NCBI GenBank assembly: GCA_965113315.1
Contig: OZ220363.1
DNA: 64,000 bases
Strand: one strand, 5' to 3'
DNA from: Podarcis vaucheri
Taxonomy: Eukaryota
The notes under the pieces were generated by a model. The model was not told the origin of the DNA, searched no databases, and saw only the letters and a program-made list of their open reading frames with translations. This document shows, one piece after another, positions 12,365 through 27,158 of the stretch (the stretch's first letter is position 1; every line of letters starts with the position of its first letter). The position numbers and the translations under genes were made by a program.

Positions 12365-13270
12365 CTAAGGATGAAACAATGTTTAAAGATGATTATCAAC
12401 TTAAAGTTGCTCTGAATTTTAAAGGTAATGCTTTTTTTTTTTCTTTTTAAAAAACCCATTAGGGCTTGGGTTGGACAAGAGATGCCTCTCCTACCCAGCA
12501 AAAGCAAGAAGGAGGGGGAGGGAGGAGGGGAGGGAGGGGGACCAGGGACCAGTGGTTGCTCCCAGGTGATGTTAGATTACAACTCTAATCACACCTAAGT
12601 GTTGGCCATGCTGGCTGACCTGATGAAGTTTAAGTCCAGCAACATCTGGGAGGGCAACATGTTAACCACCCACACCATGGAGGGAGTCATCTCAGCAGCA
12701 GCATTTATTCTGGCAGAGGAAAAAACTGCCAAAAAAGAAACAGCAGTTGAGGGCAAGGAGAAGAAGGTAGATGGCAGTAATACAGTCTTCAGTTGTAATG
12801 TCATATTCTGAGGGATTGTTGACCCAAAATGGCTGACATCTGGAGGCTGCTTTGAATAGCTTCCAGTAGCAGCTTCCTTGTACATGTTGCATAGTGCCTA
12901 AACACATGGATCTGGGATGATTCCATATCACTGCACAGGGGGGATTTATGGAGGTAAGAGAATAATTTCTCTGGTCCTTGTAATGCATTCCTACACAAAA
13001 TGGATTTAAGACAATTCCATGGGAGCCATTTCATAAGGCCACCATGTAGTAACCATTTTGTGATATAACTTGGCCTCCATTCACTCTCTAGCCCTGGGCA
13101 GTTAATCACTCAATTTTTCCCTCTGTCAAAAAACCCAAACAATCAGGATATTCAGTCACTGGCTTCCCTTTCAACTTTCAGACTATCCTATCAGATGATA
13201 AATATGCATCCACATGTTTAATACAGCGTGACTGCAGTCCCCATTCCAATCAGGCTTCCAGCTGCACTCA

Positions 13271-13483
<213 letters not shown>

Positions 13484-13920
13484 CTATGTAAACACACTCG
13501 TATACTTGTAAATAAGTTCTGTTAAGACAACTGTCTAATGGTTATTGGACCATCTCAAGTGGTGAGCTAATTGCTGAGAACTGCAGACATCATTGCCAAC
13601 TGAGTTGTAGTTCTTAGGAAGGTATGCCTGGAGACAGACAATATATATGCTTATATATTCAAGATTTAGGATTTAAGCACAAAGTAAGGAAGCAAACAGA
13701 AAGCCAGCCAAGAGCCAGGTGAGGAGTTATTATAAATGAGTGGCTGAGGACCTGCAGGATTCTAAGCTCCCTTGTTCCCTTGGCATCCCATCAAAAAGAA
13801 CCCTCAACTATGCAAAGTCCTGGGACTGACATAGTTAATTCCCTCCTACTGAGAGGAGGGGAAAGTAAGAAAAACTGTCCTCCTGGCTTCAGCAATCCAA
13901 CAGTCCTTAGGAAATGACAG

Positions 13921-13924
<4 letters not shown>

Positions 13925-13987
<63 letters not shown>
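13925..13987. repeat. (CT)n(CA)n compound microsatellite
   Basis: Direct inspection. Confidence 0.95.
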
Positions 13988-13988
<1 letters not shown>

Positions 13989-14215
13989 CTAACATAGGAT
14001 TGTTCTGGAACCGACTGTTGGACTATGAATGATATTAAATGCCAGTCCAATTCAAGAGTAGACCCACTGAAGTTAGTGAACATGACTAGCTTGGGTTCAT
14101 TAATGGTCATGATTCTACCGTGAGTAGGAATTAACTATTATATCATGGCTGTAACCCTATGCTCATGGAATGCAGAAGGACTTTCTTCCACATAAACATA
14201 CATTTGACTGGGCTA

Positions 14216-14494
<279 letters not shown>

Positions 14495-15159
14495 TCATTG
14501 GTACAGAAAGATAACAGGAAAGGAGATATTCAGTCAGAGGAAATGGAAAACGCTTGACTTCAATCGTTAAACTTGGGAACATTTTAACCCTTCCTTTTCT
14601 TCCTAGTATTGTGACAGCTGTTTTTGTACTATTATTTTGTGTACTTTACAATTATCTGTTTAAATAAAGTTTATTAGCAATTCAAAAAAAAATGCTTGGG
14701 TTATTAAACCAATGATTTACCATGAACTGAAGTGTTAAATATAAATGCATTCTGTTTGTAACAATTGAACTGTGAATTTAGAACAACCTAGCCCCTTAAA
14801 AGCCAGGATTCTGCAATGCAAAACCTCAAATCTTTGACCAAATGACAGCCCCACGTTCAGTGACCAAAGTGTGATTTTGTATATGTAACAAAACTACATT
14901 TTCCTTGTTACAGAGTCTGTATTTTGAGAAATGACCTGAGCTCCAAGAAGGCAGTGAGAACAGGCATAATAAAGCATAGGTGGATTCAGAAAGAGGACCA
15001 AAAATGGAGAATGAGAAACAGAACTGCTGCATGAATGCTGGGGATAACCTCACAGCAGCTCTTCCTTTGGGAAAAGGCATCTAGATAGCCCCCAACAGTA
15101 GAACAACAATGGCTCTCATAGAAGGGCACACAGTTTTGTTTTTCTAACAACATCTAAGG

Positions 15160-15339
15160 CAGAGGTTTCCAAACTTTTCATGTTGGTGACACACTTTTTA
15201 GAGATATGCCTCATTTCGCGACACAGTAAATCAGTTTTGCTAGAAAAACAAGAGGTTAAACTAACCCCTTTCCAGCGCCTGGAGGAGTGCAGGGTGTGTT
15301 CAAGCGACACACTATCATGTCACAGTTTGGAAAGCTCTG
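15160..15339. mobile_element. hAT-type MITE
   Basis: TIRs CAGAGGTTTCCAAACT / AGTTTGGAAAGCTCTG with a degenerate 8-bp flank. Confidence 0.7.
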
Positions 15340-15481
15340 ATGAAGGTTTCTAAACTGTGGATATTAGAATTGTATTGTCTCGAGTCTGCCACCCAGTGGA
15401 CAATTCTTTTAAAAATTTATAGATGACATATTTCATATTTGCTGACATTCTAACGCTCTAACCCTATATGGTTATATTTTA

Positions 15482-15667
<186 letters not shown>

Positions 15668-17142
15668 TCATCATGCACTCACACTTTGTAACTAATTCCC
15701 AAGTAATTATAAAATAACTTGTATTATGCAAGTTCACAACATCTCTTACATTAGCAAGCAAACTGCACCTGAGACAATGAATGAAGTGAGGCCTAAGATT
15801 ATAAACAATCCTGTGAAGCAAGTTCCAGTGTAGTCAATTTCACTCCTATAGGTTTTTTTTGTGTGTGTGTTTTTAAGATAATGTTCTCAAGCAAAAAATG
15901 TTCAAGACTAAATTAATTTAAAATATAAAATGTTATTGAAATGGTGGAGCATTTCTTTTCTTGGAAATACAGGTTGCTTTGCATTATAATTTTTTAAAGG
16001 GTGGATGAAAGCACATGCAAAAACAGGGAACATGCTACACATATCTCACTGTGCCAATATACAAAACTAATCCTGACAAGACAAAGAGGATCACTAATGA
16101 TGCTCTGGACACTACTCTATAGGCGTCAGTGATGTTTTTTGGCACACATCTAATGAAGAAGTACTGATTACTTCTATAATCTACTGAAAGCTGGTTCAGA
16201 TGCTCTCCAGATGCTGCCTGAAGTGCAACAAAACCTTACAAAGTGTGTTTGATCCAGAAACCATAAGTTTGAAAAAGTGTGTGTGCGTGTGTGTTTGTAC
16301 GTTAGGCAGTTGATGGATCTACAACAGAGGGGGTTAACCTTTTCCAGGCTGATGGACCCACAAGATTGGTTAGTAATGTGGGTTTGGGGGGGAGGTGTAT
16401 TAGGCACACAGTGGGGCAGGAAAAGCCTTTTGAAATCACAGTATTGCAGTGGGGGCACAAAGCAGAAGTCAATACTTTTAAAAAACAAGCACTCTCTTTT
16501 ACTATTTTTTTACTAAAAGAAAAGGAGTACAAGTATGGACAGGTCTTGGGGGCTGCAAAAAACCTATTGGGTGGGCCAGCCTACATGCCTCAAGTTAGCT
16601 GCTCCTGGTCTATGAGATTAAAAAAACACTTTTCATCCCTAGCCAACAAGAGACGCTACACATACAAAAATATGCTCTTTTCATACTTCCTCAGACTGCA
16701 AAGTCTGACACTAGGGCCAGAGCTGAGAATGTGCAGTCCTGGTTAGTTTCTTCAATAGTACTGATTTTCTGCCTAGATGGCAGGAGCAGGGACAGAAGAG
16801 CTGGATTCAACCTTTTCTTCTGGCCCACAGATGATCAGCCCTGTTACAGAAGCTGCCACCCAGGGCTACACGTGTACAATCCTAACCTGATGGATAAGCC
16901 TGCACAGTGCTGTTTTACTCAATCATTTCCTCCTTTTGGACTGAATTGGCGGTCTTTAAAAAGCCTTAGAAGTAGAATCAGGAATGGGTGCTTGCGGGGG
17001 GGGGCAGCTCTAGAAAGGAGATCATAAAAACACTTACATTTAAGTTGACAATGTTAGTCTGATTTAAGCTATGCTTCAAATTCCATGTTATATCTTTCTA
17101 CTAAAGATGCAGAGATAAGAAGATATAAAACACTACTACTTA

Positions 17143-17307
<165 letters not shown>

Positions 17308-18176
17308 CTAGGAATCCAACAAAAACAGATGTGTGTGTGAATCAACTTCAGCATGAACATATATATATATATAAAGTCAGGGCTTGGCTAGTTGTCTGCA
17401 TGGCAAGTCACTACTACAGGGAGTGGGCACTCAGGTGTTGATGCTTGTATCTTAGGCCAGAAATTCCACAGTTTTTCCTTTTCCTTCCACAAAGCAAAGG
17501 CAGAAGAGATCCCACACAATCAAACACTACCTACTGAAGTGTGTGCCCTCAATAGTTAAACTACAACCAAGAAACATAACCATTATACTGTTTTGTGATA
17601 GGGTGGGGAATACAAATCTGAATGCCAAACCTTTATTGTTTTAAACTGTAAACCAGAATAGTCTGAATCACAGCTGAACCCAAAGCCCAAATTGTAATGG
17701 TTTACTCAGAAACAGTTCAGCTTCCAGCCATATAAAGCTGGGATTGGACTAGCTTAAGCAGTGTCGTTAATATTTCTACAGAGCAGAATGTGCATGTTTA
17801 CAAAAGAAATGTTGCTGTCAATAAAAATGCTATAAAGAGTCCCCACTGCCCCTGGGTACTATTTATTTTAATAGAATATTCTTCATGCCCAGGGTGTCAT
17901 TATGCTGAATGTTTCCCAAACTCCCACGTCACAGGACTGACGGCTGCTGAGCAAGAAAACACTTTGGGGATGTGATGAGAAAGTCCTATTGCAGTCTTCC
18001 TTAAACCCATTACACCACCAAAGCATTGCAGACTCTCCAGTAGAGGTGTGGAACACAAGGCTCTCCAGATGATGGACTCTCATCAGCCCCAGCCAGGATG
18101 GGTCAGGGATGATGGGAATTGCAGTTTGAAGCATCTGGAGAGCAGCAGGTTGAAGGAAGAGTGGAGTTTTACATGT

Positions 18177-18480
18177 GGAGCCAGTGGCCATGCAGTGGTT
18201 AGAGTGCTGGACTAGTACTTGGGAGACCAGGGTTCGATTCCTCACTTGGCTATGAAGTTTACTGGGTGACCTTGGGCCAGTCACTACCTCTCAGCCTAAC
18301 CTCCCTCATAAGAAAAATGTCCAGTAGCTCAACTGCGTCAGACCAACATGGCTACCTACCTGAATCTATCTCCCTCACAAGGTAGTTGTGGGGATTAGTG
18401 AGGAGCGAGAGAACTATGTAAACTGGCTTGAGCTCCATGGGGGTAAAGGTGCGATAAAAATGCAACAAACAAACAAACAT
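18177..18480 (+). mobile_element. tRNA-derived (MIR/CORE-like) SINE with a nested insertion
   Basis: A box TGGTTAGAGTG, B box GGTTCGATTCC at 18231-18241, GGGTGACCTTGGGCCAGTCAC core, (CAAA)n tail. Confidence 0.8.
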
Positions 18481-19077
18481 ATGAATAATAATATAGAGGT
18501 GTCGACACCTGCCGCAACTCCACCTCAACCAGACCTCACAAACTGCCTAAGTTCACCTGCCACAAGGACTGTTTTTCTGGTGGTATCCTGGGCGGCTTCT
18601 TCTCACATCACTTTCATGGAAGAGGCCTGTTGCATTCCTGTACCATGCATGTAATGTCAGCAGTACCTAACATGGAACACAGAAACCCATGCAGTAGCAT
18701 CTCCTCCCCACACCAGTATTAGCCCTCTTGGAATCTGGGGCAGCAGTGAAGTAGGGAAAAGCCACAGTTGTAATCTCCTTCCGTAAGGTCTCCAGCATCT
18801 GATGTAACTTTTGCATGGATAAGAGCAGCACTTTCCATGCCACTCTAGGAATAGCCCTGAACATTCAGGCCAGCCAATCAAGGCAGAGCTGCATGTTCTA
18901 GAAGCAAACACCTCTTTCACAGCCACAGGGCCCACAACAGCTCTGTGCCACTCATTTGTCAAAAGCTACTCAGTGTTCACACCAAAGATGGTAGAATCAT
19001 AAAACTTGAAACATTTTTAAGTTTTCGCCAGCAGAGGAAGCTGCGCCAGAACAGCATAACAGGTTGCTGTTACTGTA

Positions 19078-19288
19078 CAGTGATACCTTGGTTTACTTCC
19101 ATAATCCATTCTGGAGGTCTGGTTGTAAACCAAAACAGGTTGTAACCCAAGGTGTGCTTTAGCCAATGGGGCATCCCAAAAAAAGGGGGGGTTGTAATCC
19201 AAAAAAAGGGACACACACTTCCAGGTTTGACATGGTTGTAATCCAAAATGGTTGTAATCCAAAACGGTTGCCAAGCAAGGTACCACTG
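19078..19288. mobile_element. Tigger/pogo-like MITE (GGTTGTAATCCAAAA interior)
   Basis: TA|CAGTGATACCTTG ... CAAGGTACCACTG|TA. Confidence 0.8.
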
Positions 19289-19967
19289 TATTAGGAAATG
19301 CGCACACAGTTTCAATCAGCAGGCGGTGGCAGCTTTGACAACTGCAGGTACCTAATCAGCGGATGGGGGACTAAACTGAATTCCACCATCTGACTGGCAC
19401 ATAGTTGTGGGGAAATGGCTAAAAACAGTAACACACTCAAATCTTACTGATATGAGCCTGTGGCTCTTGGAGAGGGCCTTGGCACTTAGTGGTGAGAAAT
19501 TTTGGAGCAAGGCAGAGAAGGGGCAGGTGTCCTTACTGACATACACAAAAGGAAAACCAGAACTTTGTGCCGAAGTAGCTGAAATTCTGCACCAAGAAAG
19601 AAACTGAATTTGGCAACCTGTATAAATTATGCAACTTGTGCTTATTTTGCATAATTTATTTTGTTTTTGCTATCCCCAGGGCAGGCAAAGCAGTATGCAG
19701 AACATGGGTGCCCTGTTCACCAGGAGCCTTGCTCAGACCCCTGTCTCTGTGGCTCTTTGAGTTTTCATCCCACCAAGTATTTCCAAAACATTGCAGTTCT
19801 AAGGATGAGAAACTTGCTTTTAGAAGGAGGGAGAGAGGAGAACAAAACAAAAAGTTATGGGTTTTGGAACAATTAATTCTACACCCAATACAAAATGAAG
19901 GCATGCAGTGTGATCATAAAACAACTTGATACATGCAGCCCTGAAGAAGGGTCACCCACAGACTTAC

Positions 19968-20094
19968 ATATTTAAGGAAGAGGTGCAGCTCTTTATGTTC
20001 CAATGGGTTGATAGTTGCCTCAAACAGAGGTAAGAAGATGTTCTCTAGCATTTTGCCAAAGCTAGGCAGAATCTTTTTTGACCTAAAAATATCA
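19968..20094 (-). CDS. AMPD3: AMPD3 exon 10 ([42 protein letters not shown])
   Basis: tttcag acceptor, gtaagt donor, 127 bp. Confidence 0.96.
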
Positions 20095-22579
20095 CTGAAA
20101 GAAACAAGAATCTTAAATATATATTTATTTAAAATTTATTTATTTTTTTATTTAAAATTTATTTGCTTAGAAAAAAAGGCATGATTCTTAGAGACCAAGT
20201 ATACTGACCAAGGGATGTGTATAATGCCTGGTAAATGTACAGAATGCAGTTAAGATATGCCTATTCCCCAAAGCATGTGGGGACTATGCTGAATGGCTGG
20301 AGAATGTACAAAATCCAGCCAATATTTCCCAAGGCCTGTTGGGGATTATGTATATTATGTACACAATTCCCTCTTCATGGATAGATTATGTGCACATTCT
20401 CCACAAGGCCCAGGGAAAGTGCACAATGGCCAGATGTTAAGCACATTAACCACTAAACTTGCATTCTGCTTAATGTTTACATACAGTATGTGTGCATGTA
20501 TATATATATGTGTGTGTGTATACACACACAGCTTATGCTTTAACTGACCTGTCGTATTTTTAATTCTTCATTATAAGCAAGGAAGATTTAAACTCAAATA
20601 TCAATCAATAAAATTAGCTAGTAATTACCTGATGAGAATTAGTTTCCTCTACAAACCTGCCCCGAAACAAAATATATTTGTCTCAAAATTCAGTCCTGAA
20701 ATCTCTCCTAATGAGAGCTTTAATTCGAGTGACTAATGCAGCATGCATACTTGTTTGCATTATGCTGAGTAGAAAAACTAATGATAGCAACCTGCTTCCT
20801 AATGAGTAATGTGATTTATGGGGACTTGAAGTGCCTAGTGGACTCATTATTTAGCTCCCCAGTCAATGCACGTTGACCATGCATCATAATCTCTAGCAAA
20901 TAACCATGTCTTAGATACCGTACTTACAGATGCAAAATTTATAGTTGAAAGTATGCCAGCCTTAGTTCCCTATCACACTAAAAGTATGAAAATTATTTAT
21001 CTATATTTTCAGCTTGCATTTAGTCTGATATGTAGACCAATTCCCATTGCTAGTTTGAAGTGCGTTTTGATTAAACAATCACAAAAATTACAGAGGTTTG
21101 CAGTTGATATTTTACATCATTTTAAACATGTTTTCAGTTCAGCCTTAAAAGCAGACCCAGCAAAGGTTGAGGGGCGCCATTGTGGCCTCCAGACATGTAC
21201 TAGCCTGGCAGGGTAGGCTGTGGAGCCAAGCAGAAGCTCCCAAATCCTTCAGCATGTATATACAGGCCAGTTCTACCCTGTTAATGGCGCCAGTCCTGCC
21301 CTGATATATGTACATCAGAGACAGTGCCAGCATCATTAACAGGGTGGTGCTGGCCATTGCACACAGGTTCAGAGTACCTAGAGTACAAGCTCAGCCCAGC
21401 CACCACCCAGCTATGCTGCATCTACTTCAACTAGATGTACCAAAAGAAGTTTGGGGGGTGTAGCAGCAGCCCCATATTTAAGGTGATGTGTTGTTTGGCT
21501 TTTAAACATGTCTCTGCAGCTTACACAACAGTGATATTTACATGTGATGTTGGTTTCATAAAAGAGATACACTGCTTGATTGTAACCCCCCCCAAAAAAA
21601 ACCCCGACCCTCAAAGCTGTGTACAAAAGATGTGACCAAAGACAACATTTATTTACCTCGCCCCCCCCCCCGCTCTGTTCAACTAGCTAACACTTGTACA
21701 GAAATACAATGTCACATCATGTATCTTCCTTTACCTAAACATTAATGAGAAAAAGAATGGGGCATGGGCAGGCATGTAACAAAGCACAAGGTGAGGAACC
21801 ACTTTTTCCTGTCCTGTAAAAGACTGCATGCCAATAGATTACGCAGGAACTGCTGGTGGGCTGATTCAGAGCCTCCCTCTTTTCCCTCTCTTAAATATCC
21901 CATTCCTCTCTCTCTCCACCCCTTCCAGCGCCACCCAAGTGGCTGACAGGGAAAGGGACAAATTGCTCATCAGGGGCCTGAACTGATTGAGTGCAGGCCT
22001 AGGGCTATCCCAATATATTTTGGTACCCAAGGCAGAATAGCAAATGAAACCCCAAATCAAGGGGGTCAAGTTGTTTTGGTGCCTGAGACAGAAAAGACCA
22101 CCACCACTTCTTCCATAGGAGTAAAAATACAGTAATAACACTCAAAATTAACTACCCAAGGCAGTTTCCTCACTGTGCAATGGTAGGGCTGGCCCTGTGC
22201 AGTGAGTCCCTCATCCCTTGACTTTCTATTACTCCATCCATTCTCAGTTCCACTCCCTTTTCACATCTCCTCATAAATAAGGCCTAGGGCTGCAGGTTCC
22301 CCACTTGATTTAAGGTAACATGTATTTCGACTGAGAGAAAAAAGTGAAATTGAGTTGTCCAGTTTTGTCCTCTTTGCTTCACACAGGATACTGTGGTAGC
22401 TGCCATGAGGCAAGGCTGTTTGCATTACAACAGGAGAAGAGAGAAGATTAGATCAGACTTCCTCATTATTTTTGAAAAAGTACATGATGAAGTAATGCTT
22501 GGGAGAAAAAAAACACTATTCAGATAGAGAGAAAAAGTGCACCCATAAGGCTAAAAAACAATGACACAAAGATACTTAC

Positions 22580-22743
22580 TAGATTCTAGGGACCTGAATC
22601 ATCCAACGCATGTGTGGTGAGTAAACTTTGTGCCTGATGAACCACTTAGCTAAATTTGGCCATTCATCTGGAGAACGTCCATAAATGGACAGCCGAGGTT
22701 CTGTGTACTGGTATTTACTTTCTTCCAGTTCACGGGCAACTTC
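22580..22743 (-). CDS. AMPD3: AMPD3 exon 9 ([28 protein letters not shown]...QVPRIY)
   Basis: AG/GT boundaries, 164 bp. Confidence 0.96.
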
Positions 22744-22894
22744 CTATTCAAAACCAAGCCATTATTACATTTCTGCCAGGAGCAACACATAATCACAAAA
22801 GCTTTATACACAGATCTTAATTTGGAAATATGTCCATTGATATCAATGATCTAGCGTGTTAGCCATGTTTTATGCAGTCCCCCCGCTCAATATA

Positions 22895-23419
22895 CCGTAT
22901 TTTTCGCACCATAGGGCGCACCGGACCATAGGGCGCACCCAGTTTTTAGGGGGGGAAATAAAGAAAAAAAATATTCCCCCCCCCAGCCCCAAAGAGCAGC
23001 GTACAGGCTGCACACAACCTCTCCCTGCCAGAGGGGTTGCGCGCAGCTATGGAACAAGCTTCCCCTTTAGCCCCGTGCAGCCTCTACCTCCTGGGAGAGG
23101 CTGCGTGGGGCTAAAGAATCCATAGCCCCGTGCAGCCTCTCCTTGCTGGAGGGGCTGCGCGCAGCTATGGAAGAAGGCAAGGCAGCGAGCGAGATGGATC
23201 CCGCTCGCTCTTTTGGCTTCCCCTTTAGCCCCGTGCAGCCTCTCCCTCCCGGGAGAGGCTGCGTGGGGCTAAAGAAGCCATAGCCCCGTGCAGCCTCTCC
23301 CTGCCGGAGGGGTTGCGCGCGGCTATGGCACAAGCCTGCATTCGCTCCATAGGACGCACACATATTTCCCCTCAATTTTTGGAGGGGAAAAACTGCGTCC
23401 AATAGAGTGAAAAATACGG
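22895..23419. mobile_element. Tc2-like non-autonomous element, opposite orientation to 3371-3972, with a different hairpin array
   Basis: CCGTATTTTTCG ... TGAAAAATACGG TIRs, TA on both sides, 158-bp internal period. Confidence 0.88.
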
Positions 23420-23875
23420 TATTAGTGCAGGATCCAGAGAACCCTGATGTGTGTTTACAAATTTATTCATGTCCAGTGACATTTTTTTCTAACTTGCTCA
23501 AACTACAGTCCCCAAACCACACAAAGAATGGGACTTGTACACCTCTTAAACACCTTTTTGTGATGCACTGCAGAAAAAAATAGTAAAGTTACCAGCTTTG
23601 AAAAGTCCTTTAATACATTCCTAACCTCACTCACACATCTCTATACCACAGTTCCTGTGAAAAAGGGTGAGCAGAAAACCTTGCAACTTTAGAGCACGTC
23701 TAGCTTATACAGATGTATGTGTCTGTCACACAAGACATCTTGTATTCTATGTGAAGTTCAGTTGCTTTCAGGATTCAGCACCTCCTTGGCTCAGGAGCAT
23801 ACGCTGCAATTAGTATATTTCACATTACAAGTGTTTTTACAAGACACTAAGAGACACAGTGACTGAAAGGATTCA

Positions 23876-24040
<165 letters not shown>

Positions 24041-24291
24041 TTATTCAATAAACTCAGTATCAGTTTTTAACAACTCACATATTGTTAAGTCATATTATTG
24101 CAATATATTTATTTACATCTACTTGTAAAATATCAAAATGTCAATATATATTCTTAACTAAAGCATTCTTTAAGTGACAGAAAAAATATATTACAAAAAC
24201 CAAAAGAGTAATCTTCTCCCTCCATACATGGCTCAAGTACAAAATCCTGATCTCCATATTCAATTTCATCTACTGGTCAAAATGTACTTAC

Positions 24292-24486
24292 TGCATGGAC
24301 ATCTAGTGAGTCTACAGTGAGGTCATAGGGATCCATGTTGAGATTTTCAAACACCTGCTTTAAAGTTAACTTCTTGCCTTTTTTCTCTCCCACTATCCTG
24401 TTTGGCTCTGTTTGGTATGTGTGTTTAATGAACCTCAGCAAATGTTTCTGGTTCATACAGGCAGCAGCATGGATATGGGTGTCAAC
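24292..24486 (-). CDS. AMPD3: AMPD3 exon 7 ([21 protein letters not shown]...DSLDVHA)
   Basis: AG/GT boundaries, 195 bp, HxH zinc ligands. Confidence 0.97.
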
Positions 24487-26329
24487 CTGAAATCACAAAC
24501 AAGATTATTCAGGCTCAGCTGACATCAAGAATGCGTATTTTACTATTAGCCATCTGGCACAGCAGGTGATTTGAAAGATATTGAGCACCTTTCTCTCAGT
24601 GTGCTATGAAGCACTAACTTCAGCAACAACAAGAGTCATCAGGTTTCAGCTTTTGGGAGTGAGAAAGAATATTCTTACATGGTTGAACTCCCCTTTCACC
24701 AACAATGTAATCTACGGATCACAAAATTCCCATTGTCTTGTCAAATGTAGCCATCAGGCTCTTGTCAGATGTTACTTCTTAAAAGAAAAGGAGGAAGCCT
24801 ATTCTGAATACATGTGCAGTCAAAGCTATTAAGGATAAGAGTCCTACTAGTTGTAAGATGTTCATTTGGAATGCAACATGCTTGTGAGACACAACACATA
24901 TTCACCTGCATTACAGTTAGTGAATGTTCATTTTGTGAGTAGAGACCCATTCACAGAATGGGCTTTTCCATCTCCTCCTTGCTCCTGCAGCCTGGGGTGC
25001 CTCATGAAAATCTACTCCTGAAAATTGAGAGGCTATTCTGAAACATAATGCATGTTAAGTAGGAGGCTACAGTAGGAGGGAGAAGTCACCAGAAATCAGT
25101 GAATTCCACCACTCCTTGTGCAGTCCCTTGGATCTAAGTCATTATGTATGCATTCTGCACAGACCCTCCTTGTGTGACTTTGCATTTATACGTTTATATT
25201 TTCTTTCCAAATGTGTTATTCTGTTCCCACCCCCTTTCCTGTCAAATATGTCTTATTTTGACCTGATTTTACTTCCCGTTTCTCAGCATATCCCTGACCT
25301 CTAGTGAAGATGTCTGTCACAATAATGCTAATAGAATAGTGGTGAAGTCATCCACTGTTATGATCCTGAAGCTACATCATTGCGTTGCAATACTTTAAAT
25401 AATAATAAAAACATACTAAGGAGTGGCTGGGGAAACACAGCCAGATGGGCAGGGTATAAACAATCAAATTATTATTAGTAGTAGTAGTATTAGTGAATTT
25501 AATTATTATGTTACACAATTCATTGCATTTTATTTTTTTTATTCAGTAAGGTACAGTATTTCACATTTTAACATCTTCATTTGTCTTGTTTCCCTAGGGA
25601 CTGAAGGAATGCTCCTGTTTCCATGAGAAAAAAACAATCTCTCAGTAGCAGCAGAAAGGACAGAAGGAAAAAACTGGGTGTGTAGCATCTGCTAAGGCTC
25701 TGAGAATTGTATTACAAGGACTTCAAAGATGGGGAAAAGGAAAGATGAAATTGATACGATTTCTCCTCATCTCTGCAGCCTCTCAGTTTTATTGCCTCCA
25801 ATGTCAATTTCACTTCCAGGGCAAAGGGGTTGCTCTAAACTACTTCTGCAGGTGTGAGGGGGGAAATGTTTTCAATGTTTTTCAATGTCAGTTCCAGCTC
25901 TTGGCAGTGTTTGCCACAGACCTTAGGCAAAATGTTGCACATTATCACCAGGTGTGTAATGAGTGCTCCCTTCACCACTAAAGTGGAGTCTAGATAAACC
26001 CCTTTTGCTGGGAAGGTGAAATTCAAGAAGCCAGTATTAATTTCAGCTCTAAGGTGGAATTTATTCAGACTCCCTGAAGTGACAGGAAAGTACTGTCAAC
26101 ACCTTTCTCTTGCCCATGCTCTTACGCTAAAGCAAGTTCTATTTAAAAGATATGTTTTCCACTCTGCAGACTCAATGAGACAAACAATAGGTAGCAATAC
26201 AACAAACAGTTGAAATCATCTGTGAGGCACTCTATCCTGACAACTTCTTAGCCTGGAGGACTATCTACATACATCACAAATGATATTAATACTTTTAGTA
26301 GAGAATGTCTGATTACAAATCAAGGTACA

Positions 26330-26670
26330 GCACGCTACACTAAGTACAAAACAGAATGACAACTAAGCATGAGTGAGATACCTGGCCCACATCCTGCCAT
26401 GATAACAAAACAAAAGCAAACACCCAGCAGAAGGGGCTCTCTTGGTAGTTGCATTGCCCTCAGACATTGGGCAGGGGACTGACCTAGGAAGTGGCATTTT
26501 CTGTAGAAGCCCCTCCCCACCTCCCCACAGAAGCACGTCTGGCACCTTCACTCTAGCTGTTATTGTAATTTGTGTGCAACTGTTTTTAATACTGTATTTA
26601 TATTGCTGTAACCCACCCTGGGACCTTTTGGTGAAGAATGGGTAGTAAATCTAATAACAATATTGTGATG
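26330..26670 (+). mobile_element. L2-like LINE 3' fragment (degraded)
   Basis: 3' end TGTAACCCACCCTGGGACC...GGGTAGTAAAT resembles the end of the element at 40490-41510. Confidence 0.5.
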
Positions 26671-26944
26671 ATTTTGTTGGAAGTTTCAGCCACAGTGTAT
26701 TTGGCTCTGTAAATGATATAATATTTATTTATAGCAAGCACAAGGGTCATGGGTTTTTTTAAGAACACCCAACTCAATGAGGGCTTTCATGGAGGAGCAG
26801 TCTCATACTTGATGTCTTATACATTGTTGATAATCATAATCAGCTCCATAGAAGAAAGTGAGAACAGCAGAAATAGCTTGAGTATGCAAATTACAGAAAG
26901 TACATTCAGTCTTTATCAGGATGTCAAATGGAAATGACTGCATA

Positions 26945-27158
26945 CAGTGGTACCTCGGGTTACAAACACCTCGGGTCACAAACACTTCGGGTTACAGACT
27001 CCGCTAACCTGGAAGTAGTACCTCAGGTTAAGAACTTTACCTCAGGATGAGAACAGAAATCGCACGGCGGCAGCGGGAGGCCCCATTAGCTAAAGTGGTA
27101 CATCAGGTTAAGAACGGACCTCCAGAATGAATTAAGTTTGTAACCAGAGGTACCACTG
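26945..27158. mobile_element. Tigger/pogo-like MITE (GTAACC/TTAAGAAC interior)
   Basis: TA|CAGTGGTACCTC ... GAGGTACCACTG|TA; same family as 56614 and 59587. Confidence 0.88.

Noticed and set aside
18177-18250. tRNA gene (also at 49294-49370)
   Set aside because: The A/B boxes continue into SINE bodies and tails, so these are SINE heads.
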